A DNA stretch of 64,000 bases, taken from the NCBI GenBank assembly GCA_003222035.1, contig QHUS01000045.1, positions 89,360 through 153,359 on the forward strand, given 5' to 3'. A program made the position numbers and the translations under genes. Origin of the DNA: Gemmatimonadota bacterium (GTDB lineage Bacteria; Gemmatimonadota; Gemmatimonadetes; Gemmatimonadales; GWC2-71-9). The notes beneath the pieces are model-generated. The model saw nothing but the letters and a program-made list of their open reading frames with translations. It did not search any database and was not told the DNA's origin. The first letter of the stretch is position 1, and each line of letters starts with the position of its first letter. Below are positions 37,657 through 46,590 of the stretch, piece after piece.

Positions 37657-38073
37657 CTAGTAGGAACGCGGTGTGCCAGCGCCAGCCTTCTCGACAGTCT
37701 CTGGTTCGAGGGCGTTCTCGCCCATCCGCACGACCCCGTTGATCTCCCCGCCCTCCTGCACCAGCAATCGCTTCGCCGCGATGTCGCCGTGCACGACACT
37801 CGTGGACTGAATTTCGATGCGCTCGTCCGCACGGATGCTGCCCCGCACTTCCCCGCCGATGATCGCCTCGCGCGAGATCACGTCTCCCTCCACTTCCCCG
37901 CCCTTCCCCACGAGAACCTGGCGGCCGGCGCGCACGGTACCGACGACGGTACCTTCGATTTTCACGACACCTTCGGCACTGATGTCCCCGACCACACGCA
38001 TTCCGGTTCCGATGATGGACAGACCGGATTCCGATTCGGGCGCACCCTGCCCTTTCTCGGTAAACATCGCCAT
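37657..38073 (-). CDS. bactofilin (polymer-forming cytoskeletal protein, DUF583)
   Basis: 138-aa ORF. Repetitive beta-helix pattern G.V.I.G.V.G typical of bactofilins: GDISAEGVVKIEGTVVGTV, VEGDVISREAIIGGEVRGSI, VVHGDIAAKRLLVQEGGEINGVV. Confidence 0.85.
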   Translation of the reverse strand: MAMFTEKGQGAPESESGLSIIGTGMRVVGDISAEGVVKIEGTVVGTVRAGRQVLVGKGGEVEGDVISREAIIGGEVRGSIRADERIEIQSTSVVHGDIAAKRLLVQEGGEINGVVRMGENALEPETVEKAGAGTPRSY

Positions 38074-38074
38074 G

Positions 38075-38872
38075 TCAATTCTCCTGTTTTACGACCGTGA
38101 GGGGATCGAGCGACTTGCCCTCGCGGCGGATTTCGAAATGGAGGTGCGGCGCCGTCGACCGGCCTGAGTTACCGGATAGGGCGATCACCTGCCCCGCCTG
38201 CACCGAATCGCCTTCGCGGACGAGGACGCGCGAGGCGTGTCCATACATGGTTTCATACGAGTTCGAATGCCGCAAGAGCACGAACAGCCCGTACGCGGGG
38301 TCGGTGGCTGCGGCTTCCACGACCCCTCCGCCCGACGCGCGCACCGGTGTGCCCGCCGGCACGGCGATGTCGATCCCGGGGTGCGACTCGGCCGGGTCCC
38401 CTGGCCGCACTTGACCGCGCGTGACGAAGCCGGGGACGTCCAGTGGCCAGTGGGTCGGCTCCGGGGACGGCGATTCATAACGGAGCGGGGCCGCCGGTGG
38501 CCGGGCGCGCACGGCAACGGCACGAACGAGATCGGTCGTCACCACGCGTTTCTCGCGTGGCGCGCTCACCCCCAGCATGGTGCGCAGCTCCTGATAGTTC
38601 GCCTCCGCGCGGTTGAGAGCCGCGGCGAGCTGCTGCACGCGGCCATTCTCTTCCTCGAGTCGTGCCACCCTTCGCTCCAGAATCGGTACGCGCGACGCCG
38701 CGCGACCGATCGGTCCCGCAAACGCGAAGAACAGCACCACCAACAGCCCGACGCCGAGCGCGCTCCACTTACCCGCCTCGAACGCCCAGAGGGGGACGCG
38801 ATACTGGCGCGACGCCAGCTCCCCATCGACGTGCACGACGATGGTGACGCGCCGATCCTTGCGCTTCGTCAT
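38075..38872 (-). CDS. membrane-anchored M23 (LytM-domain) peptidase with coiled coil
   Basis: N-terminal TM helix (WSALGVGLLVVLFFAF), then a coiled-coil stretch. LytM motifs HPGIDIAVPAGTPV...YGH...GNSGRSTAPHLHFEI. Start overlaps the parB stop (ATGA). Confidence 0.85.
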   Translation of the reverse strand: MTKRKDRRVTIVVHVDGELASRQYRVPLWAFEAGKWSALGVGLLVVLFFAFAGPIGRAASRVPILERRVARLEEENGRVQQLAAALNRAEANYQELRTMLGVSAPREKRVVTTDLVRAVAVRARPPAAPLRYESPSPEPTHWPLDVPGFVTRGQVRPGDPAESHPGIDIAVPAGTPVRASGGGVVEAAATDPAYGLFVLLRHSNSYETMYGHASRVLVREGDSVQAGQVIALSGNSGRSTAPHLHFEIRREGKSLDPLTVVKQEN

Positions 38873-39762
38873 CCGTCGAACGGCGCACCGAGGATCAGCT
38901 CCAGGAGTCGCGCGAGATCGTCGTTCGAATAGAAGTTGAGATGGATCTGTCCCTTGCCCCTGGCCCGGAGGGTCACGCGGACGTCAGTGCCGAGCCGGCG
39001 GCGCAACGCGTCCTCGATGCGGCGCACTTCGGGCGCCTGCCCCATACCCTTCTTGAGCCGTGGCCGCCGGACCGGCGCCCGACCGCCGCGCACGCGGTCT
39101 TCGACATCGCGCACCGACAGCCCCAAGTCGACCGCCTCCTTCGCGAGCGACGTCGCCACACGCGCATCGTCGAGCGCCAGGAGCGCGCGGGCGTGACCCA
39201 CCGACAGTTCGCCCGAATGCAGCAGGGCGAGCACGCCCGCCGGAAGCTTGAGCAGGCGGAGCGCATTGGCAACGGTGGAGCGGTCGCGACCCACTGCGTC
39301 CGCTACGTCCTGCTGCGTCAGGCTGAACTCCGCGATGAGCCGGTCGTACCCGCGCGCCTCGTCCACCGGCGACAGGTCGTCGCGTTGCAGGTTCTCGACC
39401 AGCGCGAGCGTCAGGACGGTGCGGTCGTCCACCTCGCGCTTGACCGCGGGAATCTTCTCCCAGCCGAGGGCCTGACACGCGCGCATCCGGCGCTCGCCGG
39501 CGATCAGCTCGAAGCCGCGGGCGCCGCCCGGCGCGGGGCGGACGACCACGGGCTGGAGCAGGCCGGCTTTGCGGATCGAGGCCTGCAGCTCCTCGAGCGC
39601 GCCCGGGTCGACGTCGCGGCGCGGCTGGTAGGGATTGGGCCGGATGTCAGCGATGGCCAGCTCCACGAGGCTACCTTCACGCTCGGCCTCCTCGCGCGTC
39701 GGACCCAGGAGGGCTTCGAGGCCGCGGCCGAGCCGCCGGCGACTTGCAATCGTTTCCGTCAT
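38869..39762 (-). CDS. parB: chromosome partitioning protein ParB (Spo0J)
   Basis: Motifs RGLEALL, NPYQPRR, LLQPVVVR, IAGERRMRAC, and an HTH region LTQQDVADAVGRDRSTVANALRLLKL. Confidence 0.95.
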   Translation of the reverse strand: MTETIASRRRLGRGLEALLGPTREEAEREGSLVELAIADIRPNPYQPRRDVDPGALEELQASIRKAGLLQPVVVRPAPGGARGFELIAGERRMRACQALGWEKIPAVKREVDDRTVLTLALVENLQRDDLSPVDEARGYDRLIAEFSLTQQDVADAVGRDRSTVANALRLLKLPAGVLALLHSGELSVGHARALLALDDARVATSLAKEAVDLGLSVRDVEDRVRGGRAPVRRPRLKKGMGQAPEVRRIEDALRRRLGTDVRVTLRARGKGQIHLNFYSNDDLARLLELILGAPFDG

Positions 39763-40613
39763 GCGGGCACCTCCGGCAACGGTTCAGCTGCGGACGGGGC
39801 AGGGGGGGGGGAGGAGGAGCCAGAAGAGGCCGCTGCGTCCGCGCCCTGCTCGACCCGGCGGATGAGTTCCTGCGCCACCGCCAGATAGCTCTTCGCGCCA
39901 ACCGATTGCACGTCGTACAACACAATCGGCTTCCCAAAGCTCGGCGCCTCGGCGAGACGCACGTTGCGCGGGATGGTGATCGCGAACACCTGCGACCCGA
40001 AGTACTCCGTGGCCTCGTCCGCCACCTGCTTCGAGAGATTGAGCCGCGCGTCGTACATCGTGAGAAGGACGCCATCGATCGCGAGGGCTGGGTTGAAGTT
40101 TCGCTGCACGAGTTTCACGGTATTGAGGAGCTGCGACAGGCCCTCGAGCGCGTAGTACTCGCACTGGATCGGAATGAGCACGCTGTCGGCGGCCGCGAGC
40201 ATGTTGAGGGTCAACAAGCCGAGCGACGGGGGACAGTCGATTATGACGTACTGATACTGCTCGCGAACGTCGCGCAGCGCGCGCCGCATCATCGCCTCGC
40301 GTCCGTGCTTGTTCACGAGCTCGATCTCGGCGCCGACCAAATCCTGCGTCGCAGGCACCACGTCGAGACAGGGGAAGTGGACGTGATTGAAGCGCGCCTC
40401 GGCGAGTGGCCGACCGTCGAGCAGCGCGTCATACAGCGAATGGCGAATGCGATCGCGTTCGATGCCGATGCCGCTCGTCGAGTTGGCCTGGGGATCCGCA
40501 TCGACCAGGAGCGTCTTGCGCTCCGCCGTCGCGAGCGAGGCGGCTAGGTTAACGGCGGTCGTGGTCTTTCCCACGCCGCCCTTCTGGTTAGCGATCGCGA
40601 TGACGCGTGACAT
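39759..40613 (-). CDS. parA: chromosome partitioning ATPase ParA (Soj)
   Basis: Deviant Walker A IANQKGGVGKTTTAVNLA, and IIDCPPSLG. Pro/Ser-rich C-terminal tail encoded across a run of 10 G (39802-39811). Stop overlaps the parB ATG (ATGA). Confidence 0.95.
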   Translation of the reverse strand: MSRVIAIANQKGGVGKTTTAVNLAASLATAERKTLLVDADPQANSTSGIGIERDRIRHSLYDALLDGRPLAEARFNHVHFPCLDVVPATQDLVGAEIELVNKHGREAMMRRALRDVREQYQYVIIDCPPSLGLLTLNMLAAADSVLIPIQCEYYALEGLSQLLNTVKLVQRNFNPALAIDGVLLTMYDARLNLSKQVADEATEYFGSQVFAITIPRNVRLAEAPSFGKPIVLYDVQSVGAKSYLAVAQELIRRVEQGADAAASSGSSSPPPAPSAAEPLPEVPA

Positions 40614-40680
40614 TTATCTAAGTTAAGGTATTACAATGCGTTCCCAATATAGGACGGTGCTACCCCGCTCGTAAAGGGCG

Positions 40681-40696
40681 AGTTTCACGTGAAACG
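40681..40696. promoter_or_regulatory. parS site 1 (ParB-binding centromere-like site)
   Basis: AGTTTCACGTGAAACG carries the full palindromic core GTTTCACGTGAAAC of the canonical parS consensus tGTTtCACGTGAAACa. Confidence 0.85.
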
Positions 40697-40705
40697 AGAC
40701 GCGCA

Positions 40706-40721
40706 GGTTTCACGTGAAACA
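40706..40721. promoter_or_regulatory. parS site 2
   Basis: GGTTTCACGTGAAACA, 25 nt centre-to-centre from site 1. Both sites lie between the mnmG stop and the parA start. Confidence 0.85.
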
Positions 40722-40741
40722 TCTCGCCTGGGATTAGGGCG

Positions 40742-42610
40742 CTAGGCGACCTGCCGCCGCCAGCGCGCCGTCTCAACGATCAGGTTGTGGAGGTCGCTCG
40801 GCGACACGCCCGGAATTCGCGCCGCTTGAGCGAGCGAACTCGGGCGAATGCGGTCGAGCTTCTGCCGCGCTTCGGTCGCGAGCGATTTGAAATCAAGGTA
40901 GGGAAGGTCGCCCGGGAGGACGAAGGACGCGAGCTCGGCGAGACGCGCCGCCGCCTCGCGCTCGCGCACGAGATAGCCGTCGTACTTGAGCTCGATCCCC
41001 GCACTCATCACTGCGGCGTCATCGGCGCTGACCGCGATGCCCGCCGCCTCCAGGAGCGCGCGCAACGAAACCCCCGGGCGCCGCGCCACGCTCGCGATCC
41101 GCTCGGGCTCCGCCAAGGTCGAGCCCGCGGAGGCGAGCACCGGCGCGGCGGCACCGGGCGTGATCGTCGTCGCGCGCGCCACCCGCAGCAGCTCTTCCTC
41201 TTCCTCCAACCGCCGCGCCGCCACATGTCGTTCTGCTGCGGTCAACAGCTCCAGCCGCTCCGCGAGCGGAGCGAGCCGCCGCAGTGCGTTGTCCTGGCGG
41301 AGCAGCAAGCGAAACTCAGAGCGTGAGGTGAACAACCGGTATGGCTCATCCACGCCGCGGGTGACGAGGTCGTCGACCAGCACGCCGATGTAGGCGTCGT
41401 CGCGCCCCAGGACCACGGGCTCCGCGCCGCGGATCCGCCGCACCGCGTTGATACCCGCTACCACGCCCTGTCCCGCCGCCTCTTCGTATCCCGTGGTGCC
41501 ATTGATTTGCCCGGCGAAGAAGAGGTGCTCGATCGGCTTGGTCTCGAGCCACGGTGTGAGCTGCGTCGGAGGATAATAGTCGTACTCGATCGCGTACCCG
41601 GGGCGCGTCATCGTTGCACGCTCGAGTCCCGGCACCGCGTGAAGGAACTCGAGCTGGACGGAGACGGGCAGGGACGTGGACAGCCCGTTGACGTACAGCT
41701 CGTGCGTGTCGAGTCCCTCCGGCTCTAGGAACACCTGATGGCGCTTGGCCTCGGGAAACTTCACGACCTTGTCCTCGACCGACGGGCAGTAGCGCGGACC
41801 GCGCCCGCTGATCGCACCACCGTACAGCGCTGACTCCTGCAGGTGCGCGCGAATGATCTGCTTCACCTCTTCGCCTGCCCAGGTTATCCAGCAAGGCACC
41901 TGGCGCGGCCGATCGATGCGTTCATAGGACGAGAAGCGGTAGTCCACGTCGTCGCCGTCCTGCCGTTCGACCTTGGACCAGTCGACGCTGCGCCCGTCCA
42001 CCCGCGGCGGGGTGCCTGTCTTGAAGCGAGATACTGTAAGTCCAAGTTCCTCACTGTGTTGCGCTATATCGATTGCGGGCTGATCGCCGGCGCGCCCGGC
42101 CGGGATTTGCGTGTCGGTGCCGAGGTGAATGCGACCGCGCAGGAACGTGCCGGCCGTGAGGATCACGGCGCGTGCGTGGAAGGTCCGCCCATCGGCCGCG
42201 ACGACGCCGGCGGCGTGCGTGCCGTCGAGCAGCAGCCGGGCGACCATTCCCTGCGAGAGCTCGATGCCGGGGAAGCCTTCGAGGAGCGATCGCACCGCGC
42301 GCCGGTACAGCGTACGGTCGCACTGCGCGCGGGGGGCCCAGACCGCAGGCCCCTTCGAGCGATTGAGCATACGGAACTGGATCGTGGCGCGATCGGTCGC
42401 GCGGCCCATGATCCCGCCAAGGGCGTCGATCTCGCGCACGACGGTGCCCTTGGCGATCCCGCCGATGGCGGGATTGCAAGATAGTTGGCCGATCGTGTCG
42501 AGGTTGGAGGTGAGGAGGAGAACTTCCGCACCCATCCGAGCGGCCATGACGGATGCTTCCGTGCCGGCATGACCGCCACCCACCACGATCACATCATAGT
42601 TGACGCTCAT
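40742..42610 (-). CDS. mnmG: tRNA uridine 5-carboxymethylaminomethyl modification enzyme MnmG (GidA)
   Basis: 622-aa ORF. N-terminus YDVIVVGGGHAGTEA; motifs SCNPAIGG, GPRYCPSIE-like GPRYCPSVE, FFAGQINGTTGYEEAA. Confidence 0.95.
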   Translation of the reverse strand: MSVNYDVIVVGGGHAGTEASVMAARMGAEVLLLTSNLDTIGQLSCNPAIGGIAKGTVVREIDALGGIMGRATDRATIQFRMLNRSKGPAVWAPRAQCDRTLYRRAVRSLLEGFPGIELSQGMVARLLLDGTHAAGVVAADGRTFHARAVILTAGTFLRGRIHLGTDTQIPAGRAGDQPAIDIAQHSEELGLTVSRFKTGTPPRVDGRSVDWSKVERQDGDDVDYRFSSYERIDRPRQVPCWITWAGEEVKQIIRAHLQESALYGGAISGRGPRYCPSVEDKVVKFPEAKRHQVFLEPEGLDTHELYVNGLSTSLPVSVQLEFLHAVPGLERATMTRPGYAIEYDYYPPTQLTPWLETKPIEHLFFAGQINGTTGYEEAAGQGVVAGINAVRRIRGAEPVVLGRDDAYIGVLVDDLVTRGVDEPYRLFTSRSEFRLLLRQDNALRRLAPLAERLELLTAAERHVAARRLEEEEELLRVARATTITPGAAAPVLASAGSTLAEPERIASVARRPGVSLRALLEAAGIAVSADDAAVMSAGIELKYDGYLVREREAAARLAELASFVLPGDLPYLDFKSLATEARQKLDRIRPSSLAQAARIPGVSPSDLHNLIVETARWRRQVA

Positions 42611-42660
42611 GATGCCAATTATACCGGCTCAGGCGCTGAGACGTCGAGGTAGCTCGCCGT

Positions 42661-43923
42661 CTATGCCCTAACCCATCGAACAAGCTCACGAATGCTCGGC
42701 CGCTTGCCCGTCATGAGTATCCCCACTCTGTATATCCTCGCCGCCACCCACGTGACCGCGACTGTGCCGAGCATGAGCAGCGCGAACGAGATGGCTACAT
42801 CGATCCCCGAGACGTTGCCCGCCGCCCACCGCGCCGGCATGGCGATCGGCGACGTGAACGGCACGAGCGAGAGCGCTAGCGCGAGACGGGACTCCGGATT
42901 GGCGAGTGTCGCGAACGAGCTGAAGAACGCGAGCATGATCAGCACGGTCACGGGGGTCTGGGTCTGACGGGCCTCTTGCTCGGTGGACGAAATGGCGGCG
43001 ACGGCCGCGAACATGGCGGAGTACAGCGCAAAGCCTCCCAGGAAGAACGCGATGAAGACCACTCCGGTGGCCAGGGACACGTGCGGCAGTTGAAAGACCT
43101 GCCCGACGTCCTGGCCCCGGTCGGTGAGTTGGCCCTCCAGGACGGCGCGCCGGCCTATCAAGGCGCTAGCGGCGACGCCCCAGATGAGGAACTGCAGCAG
43201 CGACACCGCACCCACGCCGAGCACCTTGCCGAGGAGCAGTTGGAACGGGCGGATCGAGCTCACGAGTACTTCCACCACCCGAGACGTCTTTTCGTCGATC
43301 ACCGATCCCATGACCTGCACGCCGTACAACAGCAGCGCGATGTACAGGGTGACCATCATGAAGTAGGCGAGCGCGAACGACTGGCCGGCGCTCTCCCCCG
43401 TGACGCGACCGCGGGTGATCTTGTTCGTCCGCAACGTGACGGGCACCTGGGCGCGCGCGACCACGCCCGGGTTCACTCCGGCCCGCTCGAGACGCGCGTT
43501 CTCGGCGACGCGACCCAACGACTGGCGCAGCAAAGCGATGTCTTCGAGCGACGATACGTTCGACGCGCGGTACTCCACGGCCCCGGTCTCGAAGAGGGAG
43601 TCGGACACCAACAGGAAGCCGTCGATGTGGCGTGCCCCGACCTCGCGCGCCAGCGAGTCTTCGACTCCCGGGCCGCCGAGGATGCGTCGGACGACGAAGA
43701 TCCCACGGGTGGACTCCAGGCCCACGGCGACTGCCAACCCGAAGCCCGTCGTCGTCCGATCGACGACAGCGATGCGCTTGAGCCCGCCCCCGCGGGCGAA
43801 CCACAACGGGGCCAGGAAGATCGCGGCGAAGAAGACCGGCCCGAGCATCGCCATCACCCAGAACGATCGGCGACGCACCCGCTCGACGAACTCGCGCCGG
43901 ATGACGGCCCCGACCTTACTCAC
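42661..43923 (-). CDS. ABC-2 type transporter permease (NatB-like)
   Basis: 420-aa ORF. One N-terminal TM helix, a large extracytoplasmic loop, and a C-terminal cluster of 5 TM helices. Start overlaps the ATPase stop. Confidence 0.75.
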   Translation of the reverse strand: MSKVGAVIRREFVERVRRRSFWVMAMLGPVFFAAIFLAPLWFARGGGLKRIAVVDRTTTGFGLAVAVGLESTRGIFVVRRILGGPGVEDSLAREVGARHIDGFLLVSDSLFETGAVEYRASNVSSLEDIALLRQSLGRVAENARLERAGVNPGVVARAQVPVTLRTNKITRGRVTGESAGQSFALAYFMMVTLYIALLLYGVQVMGSVIDEKTSRVVEVLVSSIRPFQLLLGKVLGVGAVSLLQFLIWGVAASALIGRRAVLEGQLTDRGQDVGQVFQLPHVSLATGVVFIAFFLGGFALYSAMFAAVAAISSTEQEARQTQTPVTVLIMLAFFSSFATLANPESRLALALSLVPFTSPIAMPARWAAGNVSGIDVAISFALLMLGTVAVTWVAARIYRVGILMTGKRPSIRELVRWVRA

Positions 43924-44873
43924 GGGCGGTCCTCGTCGGCGCGCGCGTCGCCCCGAACCGGCCCGACGAGGTCGATGAAGATCTTGTGCAGCGATGCCTC
44001 CTGCAGCTCGAAGCGCGACAGTCGGGCTCCCGACGCCACCAGCTGCCTGAGCACCTCCTGAGGGTCCGCCCCGGACGCGAGCTCGAGCTCGGCATATTGG
44101 CCGTAGTTATCGACCTTGGTCACGAGCCTCGGGTCGGCAAACACCTGCGCCGCCGTTCCCGTACTGCCATCGAACCCGACGACGAGATGCTGTCCGCCGT
44201 GGGTACGCTTGATGTCGTTGAGCGTCCCGTCCACCAGCTTCCGTCCCCGGGCGATGATGCAGAGTTGCTCGCACAGCTTCTCCGCCTGCTCCATGATGTG
44301 CGTGGAGAAAAGGATCGTCGCGCCTCTACCGCGCAGCTCCAGGACCGTGTCCTTCATTCCCTGGGCGTTCACTGGATCGAGGCCGGCGAACGCCTCGTCC
44401 AGCACCACCAGGGCAGGGTCGTGCAGGATCGTGGAGATGAACTGCACTTTCTGCTGCATCCCTTTCGACAGCTCGTCGACGCGGCGCAGGCGCCAATCCG
44501 CGAGCCCCAAGCGTTCGAGCCACTCTCCCGCCCGTTCGCGCGCGCGCCGGCGGTCGACGCCCTTCATCTCGCCGAGAAAGACGAGCACGTCGAGCACGCG
44601 CATCTTGCGGTACAGCCCGCGCTCTTCCGGGAGGTAGCCGATCCGCTCCGCGTGCGCGCGTCCGCCACCGGGCTCGCCGAACAGGCGCACGGTGCCGGAG
44701 TCGGGCTGCAGGATGTCCAGGATCATGCGGATCGTAGTGGTCTTGCCGGCGCCGTTCGGGCCCAACAGACCGTAGATCACGCCGCGCGGTACGGTCAGTG
44801 AGAGGTCGTCGACGGCAATGTGTCCGGCGAACCGTTTGGTGACGTGGTCGAGCAGGACGATCGGGTCGGGCAT
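43920..44873 (-). CDS. ABC transporter ATP-binding protein
   Basis: Walker A GPNGAGKTT, signature LSKGMQQK, Walker B LVVLDEAFAGLD. Confidence 0.9.
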   Translation of the reverse strand: MPDPIVLLDHVTKRFAGHIAVDDLSLTVPRGVIYGLLGPNGAGKTTTIRMILDILQPDSGTVRLFGEPGGGRAHAERIGYLPEERGLYRKMRVLDVLVFLGEMKGVDRRRARERAGEWLERLGLADWRLRRVDELSKGMQQKVQFISTILHDPALVVLDEAFAGLDPVNAQGMKDTVLELRGRGATILFSTHIMEQAEKLCEQLCIIARGRKLVDGTLNDIKRTHGGQHLVVGFDGSTGTAAQVFADPRLVTKVDNYGQYAELELASGADPQEVLRQLVASGARLSRFELQEASLHKIFIDLVGPVRGDARADEDRP

Positions 44874-44936
44874 GCAGGCGGTAATCTGGCGGGGACGAGG
44901 GACGGGGGAAGAGGGAAGGGAAGCGGGTGCGGTGGG

Positions 44937-45419
44937 CTACGTCTTCACCGCGTCCGTGAGCGCGTTCCAGGGCAGCAACGCGCACTTGATCCGCACCGGA
45001 AACTTCGACACGCCGGCCAGCGCGCGGAGGTCGCCGAGCGATTTGTCCCGTGCCGCACTCAGGTCACCGTGCATCATCGCGCTCATCCGGTCGGCCAGCG
45101 CGAGCGCCTGGGGGATCGACTTGTCCTTGAGCAGCTGCGTCATCATCGAGGCCGCCGCCTGACTGATCGAGCACCCCCGGCCGATGAAGCGCGCGTCCTT
45201 GATGACGTCTCCGTCGACGCGCAGCTGCAGGTCGATCTCGTCCCCGCACAGCGGATTGTTGAGCGACACGGTGTGCGTCGCCTGCTCCAGCGTCCCCTTG
45301 TTGCGAGGCCGCCGGTAGTGGTCGAGGATCAGCTCTTGGTAGAGAGTGGTGAGTTGCGGCTCAGGCGGGGACGTATCCAAAGAGGGCTCCCGCCTTGACC
45401 AGCGAGCCGACGAGGGCAT
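44937..45419 (-). CDS. sufU: SufU/IscU-type Fe-S scaffold / sulfur-acceptor protein
   Basis: Motifs LYQELILDHYRRPRN, NPLCGDEI, GRGCSISQAAASMM, CALLPW. The only canonical in-frame start is the ATG at 45419, which overlaps the sufS 3' end by 59 nt. No ATG/GTG/TTG lies near the conserved LYQE N-terminus, so start confidence is low. Confidence 0.8.
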   Translation of the reverse strand: MPSSARWSRREPSLDTSPPEPQLTTLYQELILDHYRRPRNKGTLEQATHTVSLNNPLCGDEIDLQLRVDGDVIKDARFIGRGCSISQAAASMMTQLLKDKSIPQALALADRMSAMMHGDLSAARDKSLGDLRALAGVSKFPVRIKCALLPWNALTDAVKT

Positions 45420-46590
45420 CGACCTCGTCCAACCCGTTGTAGAGGTAGAACGACGCGCGGGCGGTCGCGGCCACGTTGAGCCGGCGCATGAGCGGCTGCG
45501 CGCAATGGTGGCCGGCCCGGATGCAGATCCCGTCCTGATCGAGGATGGTGGCGATGTCGTGCGGGTGGATGTCGCCGTACGTGAACGACACCACCCCCGC
45601 GCGATGATCCCGCGGCCCGTACACGGTCACGCCCTCGATCTGGACGAGCTTGTCGATCGCCGCAGCGGCGAGCGCGCGCTCGTGGTCCGCGATGCGCTCC
45701 GGGCCCACGCGCTCGAGGTACGCGATCGCCGCGGCGAGCCCGACCGCGGCTTCGACGTTGGGCGTACCGGCTTCGAACTTGTGCGGAATCTTGTTGTAGG
45801 TGGAGTGATCGTCCCACACGCGCGAGATCATCTCCCCGCCGCCGTGGTAGGGCGGCATGGCTTCGAGCAGCTCGGGCTTCGCGACCAGCGCCCCCGACCC
45901 CATGGGTCCGAGCATTTTGTGGCCCGAGAGGGCGTAGAAGTCACACTCGATGGCCCGTACGTCGACCTTGAGGTGCGGCGTGGACTGCGCACCGTCCACC
46001 ACCACGACGGCGCCGCCCGCGTGCGCGAGCTTCGCGAGCTGGGCCACCGGATTCACCGTCCCGAGCGCGTTGGAGACGTAGGGGAAAGCGACGATCTTGG
46101 GACGCCGCTCGAGCGCCCGGCCGAAATCGGAGAGATCGATGCGCCCGTCCTCGGTGATCTCGACCATCCGCAACGTGGCGCCCTTTTCCTGACACAAGAG
46201 CTGCCAGGGGACGAGGTTCGAATGGTGGTCCATCGCGGTGACCACGACGCTGTCGCCCGCCCGCACGTTCGCCCGGCCGTAGGCGCCCGCCACCAGGTTG
46301 ATCGCCTCGGTGGTCCCGCGCGTGAACACGACGCCTTCGGGCGCCCACGCGTTCACGAACGCCGCGACCTTTGCGCGCGCCGTCTCGTACGCCTCGGTGG
46401 CGCGGATCGCCAGGTCGTACGCGCCGCGGTGGACGTTGGCGTTGGTCGTGCGGTAGTACTCCGCGACGGCGTCGAGCACGGCCTGCGGCTTCTGCGTCGT
46501 CGCGGCGTTGTCCAGATACACCAGGCGGCGCCCGTTCTCCGGCTGCCCGAGCAGCGGGAAATCGGCGCGGATGCGCGCGACGTCCAGCAT
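45361..46590 (-). CDS. sufS: cysteine desulfurase, SufS type
   Basis: Motifs YLDNAATTQKP, HHSN, SGHKMLGPMG, and active-site region RAGHHCAQP. Confidence 0.9.
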   Translation of the reverse strand: MLDVARIRADFPLLGQPENGRRLVYLDNAATTQKPQAVLDAVAEYYRTTNANVHRGAYDLAIRATEAYETARAKVAAFVNAWAPEGVVFTRGTTEAINLVAGAYGRANVRAGDSVVVTAMDHHSNLVPWQLLCQEKGATLRMVEITEDGRIDLSDFGRALERRPKIVAFPYVSNALGTVNPVAQLAKLAHAGGAVVVVDGAQSTPHLKVDVRAIECDFYALSGHKMLGPMGSGALVAKPELLEAMPPYHGGGEMISRVWDDHSTYNKIPHKFEAGTPNVEAAVGLAAAIAYLERVGPERIADHERALAAAAIDKLVQIEGVTVYGPRDHRAGVVSFTYGDIHPHDIATILDQDGICIRAGHHCAQPLMRRLNVAATARASFYLYNGLDEVDALVGSLVKAGALFGYVPA

